From: an uncultured delta proteobacterium
Lineage (GTDB): Bacteria > Desulfobacterota > Desulfobaccia > Desulfobaccales > 0-14-0-80-60-11
NCBI GenBank assembly: GCA_963812015.1
Contig: CAWETI010000003.1
Coordinates: 1,952,001 to 2,016,000 of the forward strand
Length of the DNA: 64,000 bases
Reading direction: 5' to 3'
The translations under genes were made by a program, and so were the position numbers. Below the pieces are notes generated by a model. It was not told the origin of the DNA. It searched no databases and saw only the letters and a program-made list of their open reading frames with translations. The stretch's first letter is position 1; every line of letters starts with the position of its first letter. Shown here piece by piece: positions 1 through 9,547 of the stretch.

Positions 1-362
1 AGAAGCAAGACTGGGATGAATCTTTACGGCTTGCCGTAGAATTTCTCGAAGTGGTGGGGCTCAAGGACCGGGCCGAGCTGCCGCCCTTCAAGCTAAGCGG
101 TGGCGAACAACAGCGCGTGGCCTTGGCCAGAGCCATCGTCAGCCGTCCGGACATTTTAATTTTCGATGAACCCACCGCGTCCCTGGACGGCGTCACGGGC
201 AGAAAGATTATCAGCTTTATTAAAGAAAACTTATTGAACGAACACCGATGTATCCTGATTGTCACCCACGACGCCAGGATCTATGAATATGCGGACCGAA
301 ACCTCAAGATGGAAGATGGCCGGATTGTGGAGATTGTCAGCGGAGGCATGAGTGAGACATAG
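1..362 (+). CDS. ABC transporter ATP-binding protein (LolD/MacB-like), 5'-truncated by the window edge
   Basis: LSGGEQQRVALARA signature, Walker B ILIFDEPT, H-loop IVTHD; frame is open back to base 3. Confidence 0.9.
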   Translation, partial: KQDWDESLRLAVEFLEVVGLKDRAELPPFKLSGGEQQRVALARAIVSRPDILIFDEPTASLDGVTGRKIISFIKENLLNEHRCILIVTHDARIYEYADRNLKMEDGRIVEIVSGGMSET

Positions 363-1440
363 ATTTTTATTAGCCCTGGTGATCCTGGGGGTGGTGGGCG
401 GGTTGGTCAGCGCCTACGTATACGGCATCCGGAAAAAACCGCTGCCGCCGGCCTTCTATCCGGCCCAGAATCCTTATGTCAAAGGGGTTTATGCCAACGG
501 CATCATTGAAAGCTACCAATCCAACGGGGAAAACATCAACATCTTTCCCGAAGTCACCGGCACCGTCACCCAGATCCTGGCAAAGGAAGGACAAACGGTA
601 AAGAAGGGGACCCCGCTCCTGCTGATGGATGATTCGGTGCAACGGGCCACGGTGGAGCAGCAAAAGGCTCAGGCTGAAGCCGCCCTGGTCACGCTGCGTG
701 AACTGAAAGCCCAGCCGAGATTGGAAGTCCTCAGGGTATCCAAGGCCCAGATGGATTCTGCCGCCGCCAGTCTCAAAACCACCCGGGATTCCCTGAGCAA
801 ATTGAGAAAATCGTATGCCATGAACCCGCAGTCGGTGAGTAAAGATCAACTGGACAATGCGGAGAATGCTTTCAAGGTAGCTAAAGAAAATCTGGGAGTA
901 GCCCAGAGGCAGTACCAACTGACCAAAGCCGGGGCCTGGATCTATGACATCCAAAACCAGCAGCATCTCTATGAGGCGTTGACGAAAACCTATGAGAGCG
1001 GGCAGGCGCTCCTGGCCAAATATACCATCCAGGCGCCGGTTGATGGCGTGGTTCTGGCGGTTCGCGCCGCGGAGGGCAGCTACGTGGCGCCGCAGGGGAG
1101 CTATGGCACCTACACCCAAGGCTATAATCCCATTATCGTCATGGGATACCCCCAAGACCCATATCTCGAAGTCAGATGCTATATCGATGAGATTCTCATT
1201 CCCAGGTTGCCACTGGATCCTCACATAGAGGCCCAGATGCAAATCAGGGGGACTGACCGCCGCATCCCCTTGGAATTTGAACGTATCCAGCCCTATGTCA
1301 GCCCCAAGATCGAGCTGTCGGATCAAAAGACCGAACGGGTGGACGTGAGGGTGCTGCCGGTCTTGTTCCGGTTCAAGCCGCCGAAAGATATGAATATCTA
1401 TCCGGGGCAACTGGTGGACGTCTATGTGGAAACGAAATAG
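352..1440 (+). CDS. Efflux periplasmic adaptor (HlyD/MFP family)
   Basis: N-terminal TM helix, biotinyl-lipoyl halves (VTGTVTQILAKEGQTVKKG; IQAPVDGVV), coiled coil; lies between ABC and TolC genes. Confidence 0.9.
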   Translation: MRHRFLLALVILGVVGGLVSAYVYGIRKKPLPPAFYPAQNPYVKGVYANGIIESYQSNGENINIFPEVTGTVTQILAKEGQTVKKGTPLLLMDDSVQRATVEQQKAQAEAALVTLRELKAQPRLEVLRVSKAQMDSAAASLKTTRDSLSKLRKSYAMNPQSVSKDQLDNAENAFKVAKENLGVAQRQYQLTKAGAWIYDIQNQQHLYEALTKTYESGQALLAKYTIQAPVDGVVLAVRAAEGSYVAPQGSYGTYTQGYNPIIVMGYPQDPYLEVRCYIDEILIPRLPLDPHIEAQMQIRGTDRRIPLEFERIQPYVSPKIELSDQKTERVDVRVLPVLFRFKPPKDMNIYPGQLVDVYVETK

Positions 1441-2983
1441 GACCGGCTGCCGTTTGCCGCTTGCCCTCTGCAGCGTACTGTCTTGCCTAGGGTTGATCAC
1501 GAGCTGTGCGGTGGGACCCGACTTTGTGCGCCCGCAGCCACCCGCCGCGACCCAATTTACCCAAGGGCAGGAACCGACCGTAACAGTATCAGCGGACGGC
1601 AAGGCCCAGCACTTTGAACCGGGCGCCAAAATCGCCGCCGATTGGTGGCGTTTGTTCCAATCTCCCCAGTTGGACAAAGTGATCCAGGAAGCTGTGGCTC
1701 AAAACGCTAATCTGCAATCGGCTCAGGCCCGTTTGCGCCAAAGCCAGGAAAACTTGCAGGCGGGCTATGGGGTGTTCTTTCCTCAGGTCAGAGGCAACTT
1801 CTCCCCCACCCGGCAAAGATTCACGAGCGCCCAGTTTGGCGTTAGTAATGCTCCCGGCAGCATCTTCAACCTCTTTACCTCTTCGGTCAGCGTCTCCTAC
1901 GTTCTGGATGTGTTCGGTGGCCAGCGGCGCACCGTCGAGGGGTTAGCAGCCCAGGTGGATTATCAGAACTACACCGCCGCGGCCACCTATCTCACCCTGT
2001 TGGGCAATGTCGTCAATGCCACCATCGCCCAAGCAGCCTATCGAGCCCAGATCGATGCCACGCAGCAGATCATCGGGTTCCAAAAAGAGCAGCTTCACAT
2101 CACCGAAACCCAGGCCCAGGCGGGAACAGTCCCTTACACGAACGTGGTCAGCCTTCAAGCCCAGCTCGCCGCCACCGAGGCGACCCTGCCGCCGTTGAAA
2201 CAAAACCTCAACAAGACCAACCATCTCCTGGCGGCCCTGGTGGGGCGCACCCCGGCGGAATGGTCGGTGCCACAGCTCGATTTGAAGGATTTCACTCTCC
2301 CTAAAGATTTGCCGATCACTCTGCCGTCGGAACTGGTTCGCCAACGGCCTGACATTCTGGCCGCCGAAGCCACGTTACACAGCGCCAGCGCCAATATCGG
2401 GGTGGCGACCGCGGCCATGTTTCCCAGCTTCAACCTGAGTGCGTCCTATGGGCAGACTGCGGTCGAAATCGCCAAGCTCTTCGGTACCGCCGCCAATGTC
2501 TGGAGCTTTGGGGCCAACCTGGCCCAACCCTTATTTACCGGCGGAACCTTGTGGCATCAGCGGAAAGCTGCCATTGAGGCGTATCAGGCCTCCACCTCCG
2601 ACTACCGGCAAGTAGTGGTAAGCGCTTTCCAGCAGGTGGCCGACAGCCTCCGGGCAGTGGAACACGACGCTGAGACTCTGAAGGCGCAAGCCGCGGCGCT
2701 GGCCGCGGCCGATCAAGCCCTGCAACTGGTGCAAACCAACTATAAGGCTGGCCTGGTCAACTATCTACAAGTCCTGACCGCCGATAACCAATACCAGCAA
2801 GCCAGGCTTGGGCTTATTCAGGCCCAGGCGCTGCGTTTCCAGGATAACGCCGCACTGTTAGTCGCCTTGGGCGGGGGCTGGTGGAACCGGGAGCCCCAAA
2901 TGACGGGAAGTAACATGGTTACTCCCATAAAAACAGTTACGCTTCCGGATGCCCAGGCTTCGCAGCCTTCCGGCAGTAGGTGA
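1424..2983 (+). CDS. Outer membrane efflux lipoprotein (NodT/TolC family)
   Basis: Lipobox ITSC-AVGPDF, WWRLF, PSELVRQRPDILAAE, C-terminal ALGGGWW. Confidence 0.92.
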   Translation: MWKRNRTGCRLPLALCSVLSCLGLITSCAVGPDFVRPQPPAATQFTQGQEPTVTVSADGKAQHFEPGAKIAADWWRLFQSPQLDKVIQEAVAQNANLQSAQARLRQSQENLQAGYGVFFPQVRGNFSPTRQRFTSAQFGVSNAPGSIFNLFTSSVSVSYVLDVFGGQRRTVEGLAAQVDYQNYTAAATYLTLLGNVVNATIAQAAYRAQIDATQQIIGFQKEQLHITETQAQAGTVPYTNVVSLQAQLAATEATLPPLKQNLNKTNHLLAALVGRTPAEWSVPQLDLKDFTLPKDLPITLPSELVRQRPDILAAEATLHSASANIGVATAAMFPSFNLSASYGQTAVEIAKLFGTAANVWSFGANLAQPLFTGGTLWHQRKAAIEAYQASTSDYRQVVVSAFQQVADSLRAVEHDAETLKAQAAALAAADQALQLVQTNYKAGLVNYLQVLTADNQYQQARLGLIQAQALRFQDNAALLVALGGGWWNREPQMTGSNMVTPIKTVTLPDAQASQPSGSR

Positions 2984-3080
2984 GGGTCCGGACAGCCGTA
3001 GACCTAAAAATTCGGGCGTACGATCAAGTATGCCCCTCCGCCTAAACCATTCTGCTTCGATTGCAACCTGGCTGCGCGGG

Positions 3081-4280
3081 TCAGGTAAGGCGGAGCAGGG
3101 TCACCTCTGGCCGGGAATTCAAGCGTATCGGGGTGAACGTGGTCCCGATCCCGCGACTTACGTAGAGATGGGAGTCTTTAATCCGGTACAGCCCCTCAGG
3201 ATAGGGGGTCAGCAGGTGGGCCAGGCTGAGATTCAGACCCGGCAGGCCAAACTTGATCTGTCCCCCATGATAATGGCCCGATAGGGTGAGCGGGACACCG
3301 TGAGAAGCGGCCAAAGGAAAAATCTCCGGCCGATGCGAAAGCAGGATCGTCGGGATGGTAGAATCCAGTCCCTGCAAGGCGCCTGCCAAATCGGGATTTC
3401 CGGATCGGAGGTCATCGATACCGGCCACCGCCAACGAACCCTGTTCGGTCTGAATCACCCGGTGGGCGTTGAGCAGAAACGTGATCCGGTGCTGCCGGAA
3501 CCTTGCCAGGATATCACTCTGCTGCCCATACCAACACTCATGATTGCCCATGGTGGCGAAGGTGCCGTACCGGGCGCGGACCCGGGCCATCTCCTCCACG
3601 CACTCGGGAAGAAATTCCATAGAGTTCGAGATATAATCCCCGGTGAGGACAAACAAATCAGGCTCTAGGGCTGCGACTTGATCGGCATAGCGCCGTATCT
3701 CCGCACGGGTCATAAAAACCCCGGCATGGATGTCGGTGAGTTGAACCACCCGCAAAGCACGACCAAAGGGTAAGGTGAGCTCCCGGACCTCATAAGCCTT
3801 GCTACCATAGGCAGCCCCGTATCCGGAGAGAATCAAGGGCGCCGCGGCAAGCCCACTCACTCCAGCTAGAAGAAAACGGCGGCGCTGGAGGTTCACGGGA
3901 ATAGCGGATTTCTGGCTGTCCAGGCCGCGACCGCATCGAATTACGATCCTCCCCACCCCCACAAGAAACTGGGCCAGGCCGAGGAGCAGGGCCGATAAGA
4001 TCGACCCGAAGGTCCACACCGCGGGAAAATAGAACAGGATGACATCTGCCACCGCCGGCGGGTCCACCCAGGGGATCGGCCTGGATAAGATGAACGTGTT
4101 CATGGCAAAGAGCGAGGCGATGGTGAGGCCCACCACGCCGATAAGTATGGATTTGCACAGGTTGGAACGCTGCGAGGCCCTGATGACCTGCCCGATTCGG
4201 AGAAAGAGGTAAAATTGGGCGAAGACCACAACGACCGAGATAATCAGGCGCAGCTGACCAAAATGCACTCCAGGTCTCAT
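3081..4280 (-). CDS. Membrane-anchored metallophosphoesterase (calcineurin-like, YkuE type)
   Basis: Motifs DIH, GDY, GNHE, SHRP, GHYHGGQ; N-terminal TM helices. Confidence 0.9.
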   Translation of the reverse strand: MRPGVHFGQLRLIISVVVVFAQFYLFLRIGQVIRASQRSNLCKSILIGVVGLTIASLFAMNTFILSRPIPWVDPPAVADVILFYFPAVWTFGSILSALLLGLAQFLVGVGRIVIRCGRGLDSQKSAIPVNLQRRRFLLAGVSGLAAAPLILSGYGAAYGSKAYEVRELTLPFGRALRVVQLTDIHAGVFMTRAEIRRYADQVAALEPDLFVLTGDYISNSMEFLPECVEEMARVRARYGTFATMGNHECWYGQQSDILARFRQHRITFLLNAHRVIQTEQGSLAVAGIDDLRSGNPDLAGALQGLDSTIPTILLSHRPEIFPLAASHGVPLTLSGHYHGGQIKFGLPGLNLSLAHLLTPYPEGLYRIKDSHLYVSRGIGTTFTPIRLNSRPEVTLLRLT

Positions 4281-4287
4281 GGTTTTA

Positions 4288-5355
4288 TTATCTCAGGGTA
4301 ATGGCTTTCTCAGGACAGATTTCCTGACAGCAAAAGGATGTGATGCAGGTATCGAGGTCCACCTGGGGCAGGTTGTCACACATGGACAAAGCCGATACCG
4401 GGCATTGCTCGATGCACGTGCCACAGGCGGTGCACCACTCCGGATTAGCTTGGGGGCGCAAGAGCGTACGATCATGGATGAGGGCCTGGATGGTCTCGTT
4501 GTGAAACACTGCTTCACCGCTAAGGGGGGGCAGCTTGAAATCAGGCAGCGCTTTCAACTCCCCCATGATCTCAATGTGACTCAGGTCATAGTCCCCCAAG
4601 CCCGCTTCCCTGGCCTTTCGGAGGAATAGCAACTGCTCCGGTTCACAACCCATCATCGTAGCCATGACGGCATCCAGGGCCACCGCGTTATCAGAGGCCA
4701 GGATCAGACCGATCTCCCTCAAGTCGGGGGAAGCCGGACCATTTCCCTCCATACCGACTACCGCGTCCACCAGGAAAAAGTCGGGGACCCGCAGCCGGAA
4801 CACGTCGACGATCACCTCATGGAAGCGTTCGGGGTTGCCCGCCGCCTTGTGAAGCTTGGCCTTTTGGGCGCCGGGCAAAAAACCGTAACTGTTTTTGATG
4901 GCCCCGGTCATGACCGTCAAGCCGTGGGTTTTGAATTTCGGTAGGCTGATGATGATATCGGCATCCCGGACAATCCGGGACAGGCTCACCGTGGGCATAA
5001 AACCAGGATTGAAGTCAACCTGGAGGGAATTGTTGCCGATGTTCTGGTAATAACCCTTAGCTGCTTCCATGAGGCCGGTCTTTTGAAAGCTCTCCTCGTT
5101 GGCTCCATAATTAAACAGACCAGGGTTGTCGCCGACTACAATGGCGGCGGGCCCCATGGTTTCCACCTTTTCCACCACGGCGCGCAGCACCGCAGGATGG
5201 GTGACGATGCCCTCACCGGCTTCCGAGATCCGCAGCACATTGGGTTTGATCAACACACTTTTCCCACGGATTTCCAGGGGGAAAAGTTCAAAAGCCCGGT
5301 CGACTGCCTGATGGACATTCTCATAGGTAGCAGGGCGGATCATGACTTTTGACAT
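4288..5355 (-). CDS. DUF362 domain protein with C-terminal 2x[4Fe-4S] ferredoxin
   Basis: VLIKPN, THP, LPKFKTH, GAIKN, GMEGNGP; CTACGTCIEQCP; start chosen at MSKVMIRP. Confidence 0.85.
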   Translation of the reverse strand: MSKVMIRPATYENVHQAVDRAFELFPLEIRGKSVLIKPNVLRISEAGEGIVTHPAVLRAVVEKVETMGPAAIVVGDNPGLFNYGANEESFQKTGLMEAAKGYYQNIGNNSLQVDFNPGFMPTVSLSRIVRDADIIISLPKFKTHGLTVMTGAIKNSYGFLPGAQKAKLHKAAGNPERFHEVIVDVFRLRVPDFFLVDAVVGMEGNGPASPDLREIGLILASDNAVALDAVMATMMGCEPEQLLFLRKAREAGLGDYDLSHIEIMGELKALPDFKLPPLSGEAVFHNETIQALIHDRTLLRPQANPEWCTACGTCIEQCPVSALSMCDNLPQVDLDTCITSFCCQEICPEKAITLR

Positions 5356-5564
5356 AGTCTTACCTTTAGTACCTATTTTGACGTACCTTATAATTATAAC
5401 ATGCTTATCTTGGCATAGCATGGCTCGTAAGCTTTTGAGAATTTGCATGGAAAATCGCAAAATTTTTATACGGCCGGATTCCAATTACCAGAGATGATGA
5501 ACCCTCGGTCGCTGACCTGCCCCCAGTAGTTGTACCAAGTCTTAGGTTAGTCTGGGGGGCACGG

Positions 5565-8500
5565 CTATGGCCTCGGGTGCGGGTGGTCGATAACCAACTT
5601 CTCAAAATAGCTTACTGCATCCGCTCGGGTCCAAAGCCCCACGAAACCCTGGAGGAGACGGTCGGCGCTATACTCCACTTTAAGCTCGCCATCAAGGTAG
5701 CCTTTAAGGGTGCGACCCTGCACCACCACGGAGATTTCATGCCACTCTCCCAGGGTGATGGTAGCCGCGACCTTGAACCGGAGGAAGCGCTTGTTGTTCA
5801 CATATTCAAAAAGCGCGAAGTTATCCTCCAGAGCGTTGATGCGGAGGACAAAGTAATTGCCCACGCCCCGGATGGCAAAGGCCAGGCCGGCCACTTGATC
5901 GATCTTGCCGGCCGATACCTGGGCCTTAACCCGGAGCACTGCGTCGGTGACGAAGCTTTCCTTGGCGATGGCCAGAGGGAAGTAAAAGTGGGCTCCGATA
6001 TTATCCAGAAATTCCTTATACTTGACGCCAACAATCCGGCCCATAAACGACGCCAGTCCTGATGACACCCCCCAGCCGTAACCGGAGCCATCTTCCAGGA
6101 TAAGACTGCGGCCCTCCTGCGTCACCCGTCGCCAAACCCCTGTAGGAGTGTAGAAATCCGGCAGGCGATTTTCCTGAGACAACCGGAAAAAATCGTAATC
6201 ACCGCGGAAAAAGGCAGCCACCATGCGGTCCACGTCTGCTTCGCTGGCGATGGCTACGTCCAGCAGGCGGCTGGCCCCCAGCAAACGTCCCAACTGGTCT
6301 AAAACGGCTTCCATCTCAGCTGCCGCCAGGCCACTCATTGAGGCATCCAAAAGGTCGCCAGTAATTCTCAGCTTGCAGCCCAGGTGGATCAGGACCTTCC
6401 CCAGGAAGCTCAGGCGCAGGGAGCGACCGGCCTGGGTACCGGCCCCGCCGGAGAATTGTAAAGAAAGATAGTTGTTTTCCGGCTTGTCCCCCATCATGAC
6501 GTCCAGGTTAGCGTAATGGTAGCCGAACTTGGCGCTGAGATTGGCATATTCCCGGGAAATAACCGCGAAGCTGTCCCCCCCGGGCAGCTCCCCTGGCCTC
6601 TGAGACATCCCCCGGGCCATGAGGGTGAGAAAGTCCCGAGTGCCCACGGTGATGCCCCCGGTCCAGTTGATCCCAGGGTGGGACAATCCCCGCCACACGG
6701 CCTTCATCGGCACGGACTCAAGGTTCTCCGAGGTCACCTCGTCGCAGGTGGTCAACCCTTTACTGAGCCCGCCGCCAAGGTCGATAAGGTAGAGCGGGAA
6801 GGGGATGTTGGTGGTGAGTCGAGCTGCCACGGTCTCCCCTGGGCCGGCCTCGGTCAGGCCGAACATCTCGTGCATGGCCCGTTCGTGGGCAAAACGGATG
6901 ACATCGTGCAGCGTCCGGCAGCCGGAAGGAGTAAAGTCCAAGGCCTGGGGATCAGTGAGGTTTAAGGGTGACAGTTTGTCCAGCACGGCTCGCAAGCGCT
7001 TATGCATGGGGCTGTTGATGATATGTTTCCGGGTTGGCCGAGCGTTTTCAGATAGAGAGCTCACCACCCCCTGGTAAACCGCCCCGGCGTCCGCCACCAG
7101 GGTGATCTCTTGGCCGTTCACCAGGGTCTGGGTGGCGGTAGCTGCATTCAGGAGGGCTGGAATGCCGAACTCCCGGGCCACGGAAGCCAAGTGGCTGGTA
7201 ATGCTCCCCACATCGGTGATGAGGCCCTTGATGCGTCCCATGAGGCTGGCGTAATCCGGTGACGCGGTCCGGGCTACCAGGATGGCGTTTTCCGGTGGCG
7301 TGGCGCTGCCCTCCCGGCTCGCCAGCCACACCACCCCGGCGGCCACGCCGGGGGAAGCAATTTTACCGCCGGCAAGCAACAGGGGGTGTCCCGGGATTTC
7401 CCGGGGTGCAGCCGGTTGCCGGCTTTTTCGCTGGATTAAGCCCAGAGGGCGGGACTGCAGAAAAAAGAGCCGGCCCTCCTGGTCCACAGCCCACTCCACA
7501 TCCTGCGGCCCCTGAAAATAGCGCTCCAGCTTCAGGCCCCCCTGGGCCAGGATGCGGATCAACTGGTCAGAAATGGCGGGGCGATCACGCTCTGCCTCGG
7601 GAGTATCCTCGAGGCTGAGGCCACCGCCAGGCTGGCTAACCAGTCGTCTGGCCTTGTTCCCGAGGCTCTGGTCCACCACGGTCAGAGTCTGCCGGTCTAC
7701 GAAGAATCCGTCCGGGGAGGTCTCACCACTCACCAGATACTCCCCCTGCCCCAGCACCGCACTGATCTTGAGCAATCCCGTTTCGGGTCGGGCCGGGTCC
7801 ACCGTGTATAGTACGCCGCTGGCCCGGGAATCCACCATGGTGATCCCGGCCACGCACATGGAGGTCTCCCGGTCATCCAGACCGTAGCGGAGCCGGTAAA
7901 GAATGGCCCGGGCGGCATACTTGCTGGCCACCACCTCCTGGTACGCCGGGAGAATCTCATTTTTCGTGACGTTGAGGCGGGTCGCGTATTGGCCGGCGAA
8001 AGAGGCCTTGGAGTCCTCTCCCACGGCACTGCTCCGCATGGCAATGCGTACTCCCCTTACGGTCCTGGCCTCCAGGGTCTCGTAAGCTGCCAAAATTTGT
8101 TCCGCCAGGACCGAGGGAATCGTAGCCTCCAGGATCATTGCCTGGATTTCCCGGCTTCCGGTTTCCACCTCCTCCAGGTTGTTGGGATCAATTGATGCCA
8201 GGAGGGTCTCGATGACCCGTATCAGCCGAGCTTCTTCCAGGAACCGGCCGAAGCCCATGGCGGTAACTACAAACCCCGGTGGAACCGGTAAGCCAACCCG
8301 CCGGGCCATGAGTGCCAGGTTGGTGGCCTTGCCCCCCGCCTCACCATAGGACGCGGCACTCAAAGCTTCCAGGGGGAGGACCAGCGGGCCCATCAGGCAG
8401 TGGGGGGGCGGGTAGTAGAGGGGGGCAATCTCCTGGGCCAGCCGGTCCACTACCCCCATCAAGGGGGCATAGCGGCCGCGCCCCATGCCGTCCAGGGCCT

Positions 8501-8732
8501 CTGCCAGCCGGTGGGTGGAGATCAGCAGATCCTGGGTCTGTTCTTCCACCTCCCGCATGTTAAAGGGCGCCCCGGTAAAATAGATCTGCTCCAGCTCCGC
8601 CAAGCGCTGTAAGGCAACGTAGTTGTGTCCGAGAAACTCTTTGAATAGGCGGTACTTTTCTACGATTTCGCCATCAAGGTTGACCAGCAAGCGGCAGGCT
8701 TTGTTGGTGGAAAAAAGGTCGATGATTTTCAA
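5565..8732 (-). CDS. PEP/pyruvate-binding (PPDK_N ATP-grasp) protein with phospho-His swivel domain and extra C-terminal domains
   Basis: GGKATNL, MRSSAVGEDSKASFAGQY, PQDVEWA, LQSRPL, GSITSHLASVAREFGIP; no PEP-synthase C-terminal barrel recognisable. Confidence 0.85.
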   Translation of the reverse strand: MKIIDLFSTNKACRLLVNLDGEIVEKYRLFKEFLGHNYVALQRLAELEQIYFTGAPFNMREVEEQTQDLLISTHRLAEALDGMGRGRYAPLMGVVDRLAQEIAPLYYPPPHCLMGPLVLPLEALSAASYGEAGGKATNLALMARRVGLPVPPGFVVTAMGFGRFLEEARLIRVIETLLASIDPNNLEEVETGSREIQAMILEATIPSVLAEQILAAYETLEARTVRGVRIAMRSSAVGEDSKASFAGQYATRLNVTKNEILPAYQEVVASKYAARAILYRLRYGLDDRETSMCVAGITMVDSRASGVLYTVDPARPETGLLKISAVLGQGEYLVSGETSPDGFFVDRQTLTVVDQSLGNKARRLVSQPGGGLSLEDTPEAERDRPAISDQLIRILAQGGLKLERYFQGPQDVEWAVDQEGRLFFLQSRPLGLIQRKSRQPAAPREIPGHPLLLAGGKIASPGVAAGVVWLASREGSATPPENAILVARTASPDYASLMGRIKGLITDVGSITSHLASVAREFGIPALLNAATATQTLVNGQEITLVADAGAVYQGVVSSLSENARPTRKHIINSPMHKRLRAVLDKLSPLNLTDPQALDFTPSGCRTLHDVIRFAHERAMHEMFGLTEAGPGETVAARLTTNIPFPLYLIDLGGGLSKGLTTCDEVTSENLESVPMKAVWRGLSHPGINWTGGITVGTRDFLTLMARGMSQRPGELPGGDSFAVISREYANLSAKFGYHYANLDVMMGDKPENNYLSLQFSGGAGTQAGRSLRLSFLGKVLIHLGCKLRITGDLLDASMSGLAAAEMEAVLDQLGRLLGASRLLDVAIASEADVDRMVAAFFRGDYDFFRLSQENRLPDFYTPTGVWRRVTQEGRSLILEDGSGYGWGVSSGLASFMGRIVGVKYKEFLDNIGAHFYFPLAIAKESFVTDAVLRVKAQVSAGKIDQVAGLAFAIRGVGNYFVLRINALEDNFALFEYVNNKRFLRFKVAATITLGEWHEISVVVQGRTLKGYLDGELKVEYSADRLLQGFVGLWTRADAVSYFEKLVIDHPHPRP

Positions 8733-9131
8733 CGGTGACTCCGCGGTCAGATAGATATCTCTTCACCCCGACGGGCCCGAGACCAGCCCGGTTGCTTTAT
8801 GACGGGGTTAACGGCTTGCCTTCTGGGGAAATTATACCCTGAATTTATCGACCTGCGTACCCTACGTTTACCGACTTATGCCCTGAGGAGACCTGATAGG
8901 AGAAATCTTGTCTGCGCTCCTGGTCTGATTATGGGTCCCATCCCTGGGGTCGCACAAATATCGGTCTTGGTAACTAAGCAGAAAATCCGGGCTTGCAGTG
9001 GGACATCCCAAAAGCTGAGGGCGCCGCGGATACTCTAAATTTTTTCTGGTTTCTGACGATATAGGAAAAGGAGGCGTTCAAATTGATGGTGACCCAGGTC
9101 TTATGTTAACAACTGGAGTTATTATTACCAT

Positions 9132-9330
9132 CTAGTGGAGCGTTTCACAATTAACTGGACATAAAAGCAGGGTCGGAGCACCGGACTTGGCAGGTTAAGT
9201 CCCCCTTTGAAGAAGGGGGATTTAGGGGGATTTCAGACGCTTATAAAAATCCCCCCTGGTCCCCCTTTAGGAAAGGGGGGGAAAAGACCGGTTTTTACCT
9301 TGTTACTTTAATTTTAAAACACAGCACTAG
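9132..9330. mobile_element. MITE-like element with CTAG ends and an internal GC-rich palindrome
   Basis: Terminal inverted repeats ctagtggagcgtttcacaattaa / ctagtgctgtgttttaaaattaa (18/23); internal nested tccccctt...aaggggga inverted repeats at 9200-9282. Confidence 0.6.
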
Positions 9331-9547
9331 CCAAGAAACGGTGAGTACGATAGCGAGTACCTTGCCACGATCAAGCCTTCTCAAAAATCCCAGACTGTTG
9401 TGGATATGATCCCCATATCGAAATGGGGAGCCCGGAGTGGGGCACAATATGACAAGGGGATCGAGGGTTTTCCTCCTTTCCCGCTCGCCACGCCCCTGCC
9501 CCTGAATGGCGCCTCTCCGGCCATAAGCCCCTGGTCAACCCCGCCGG

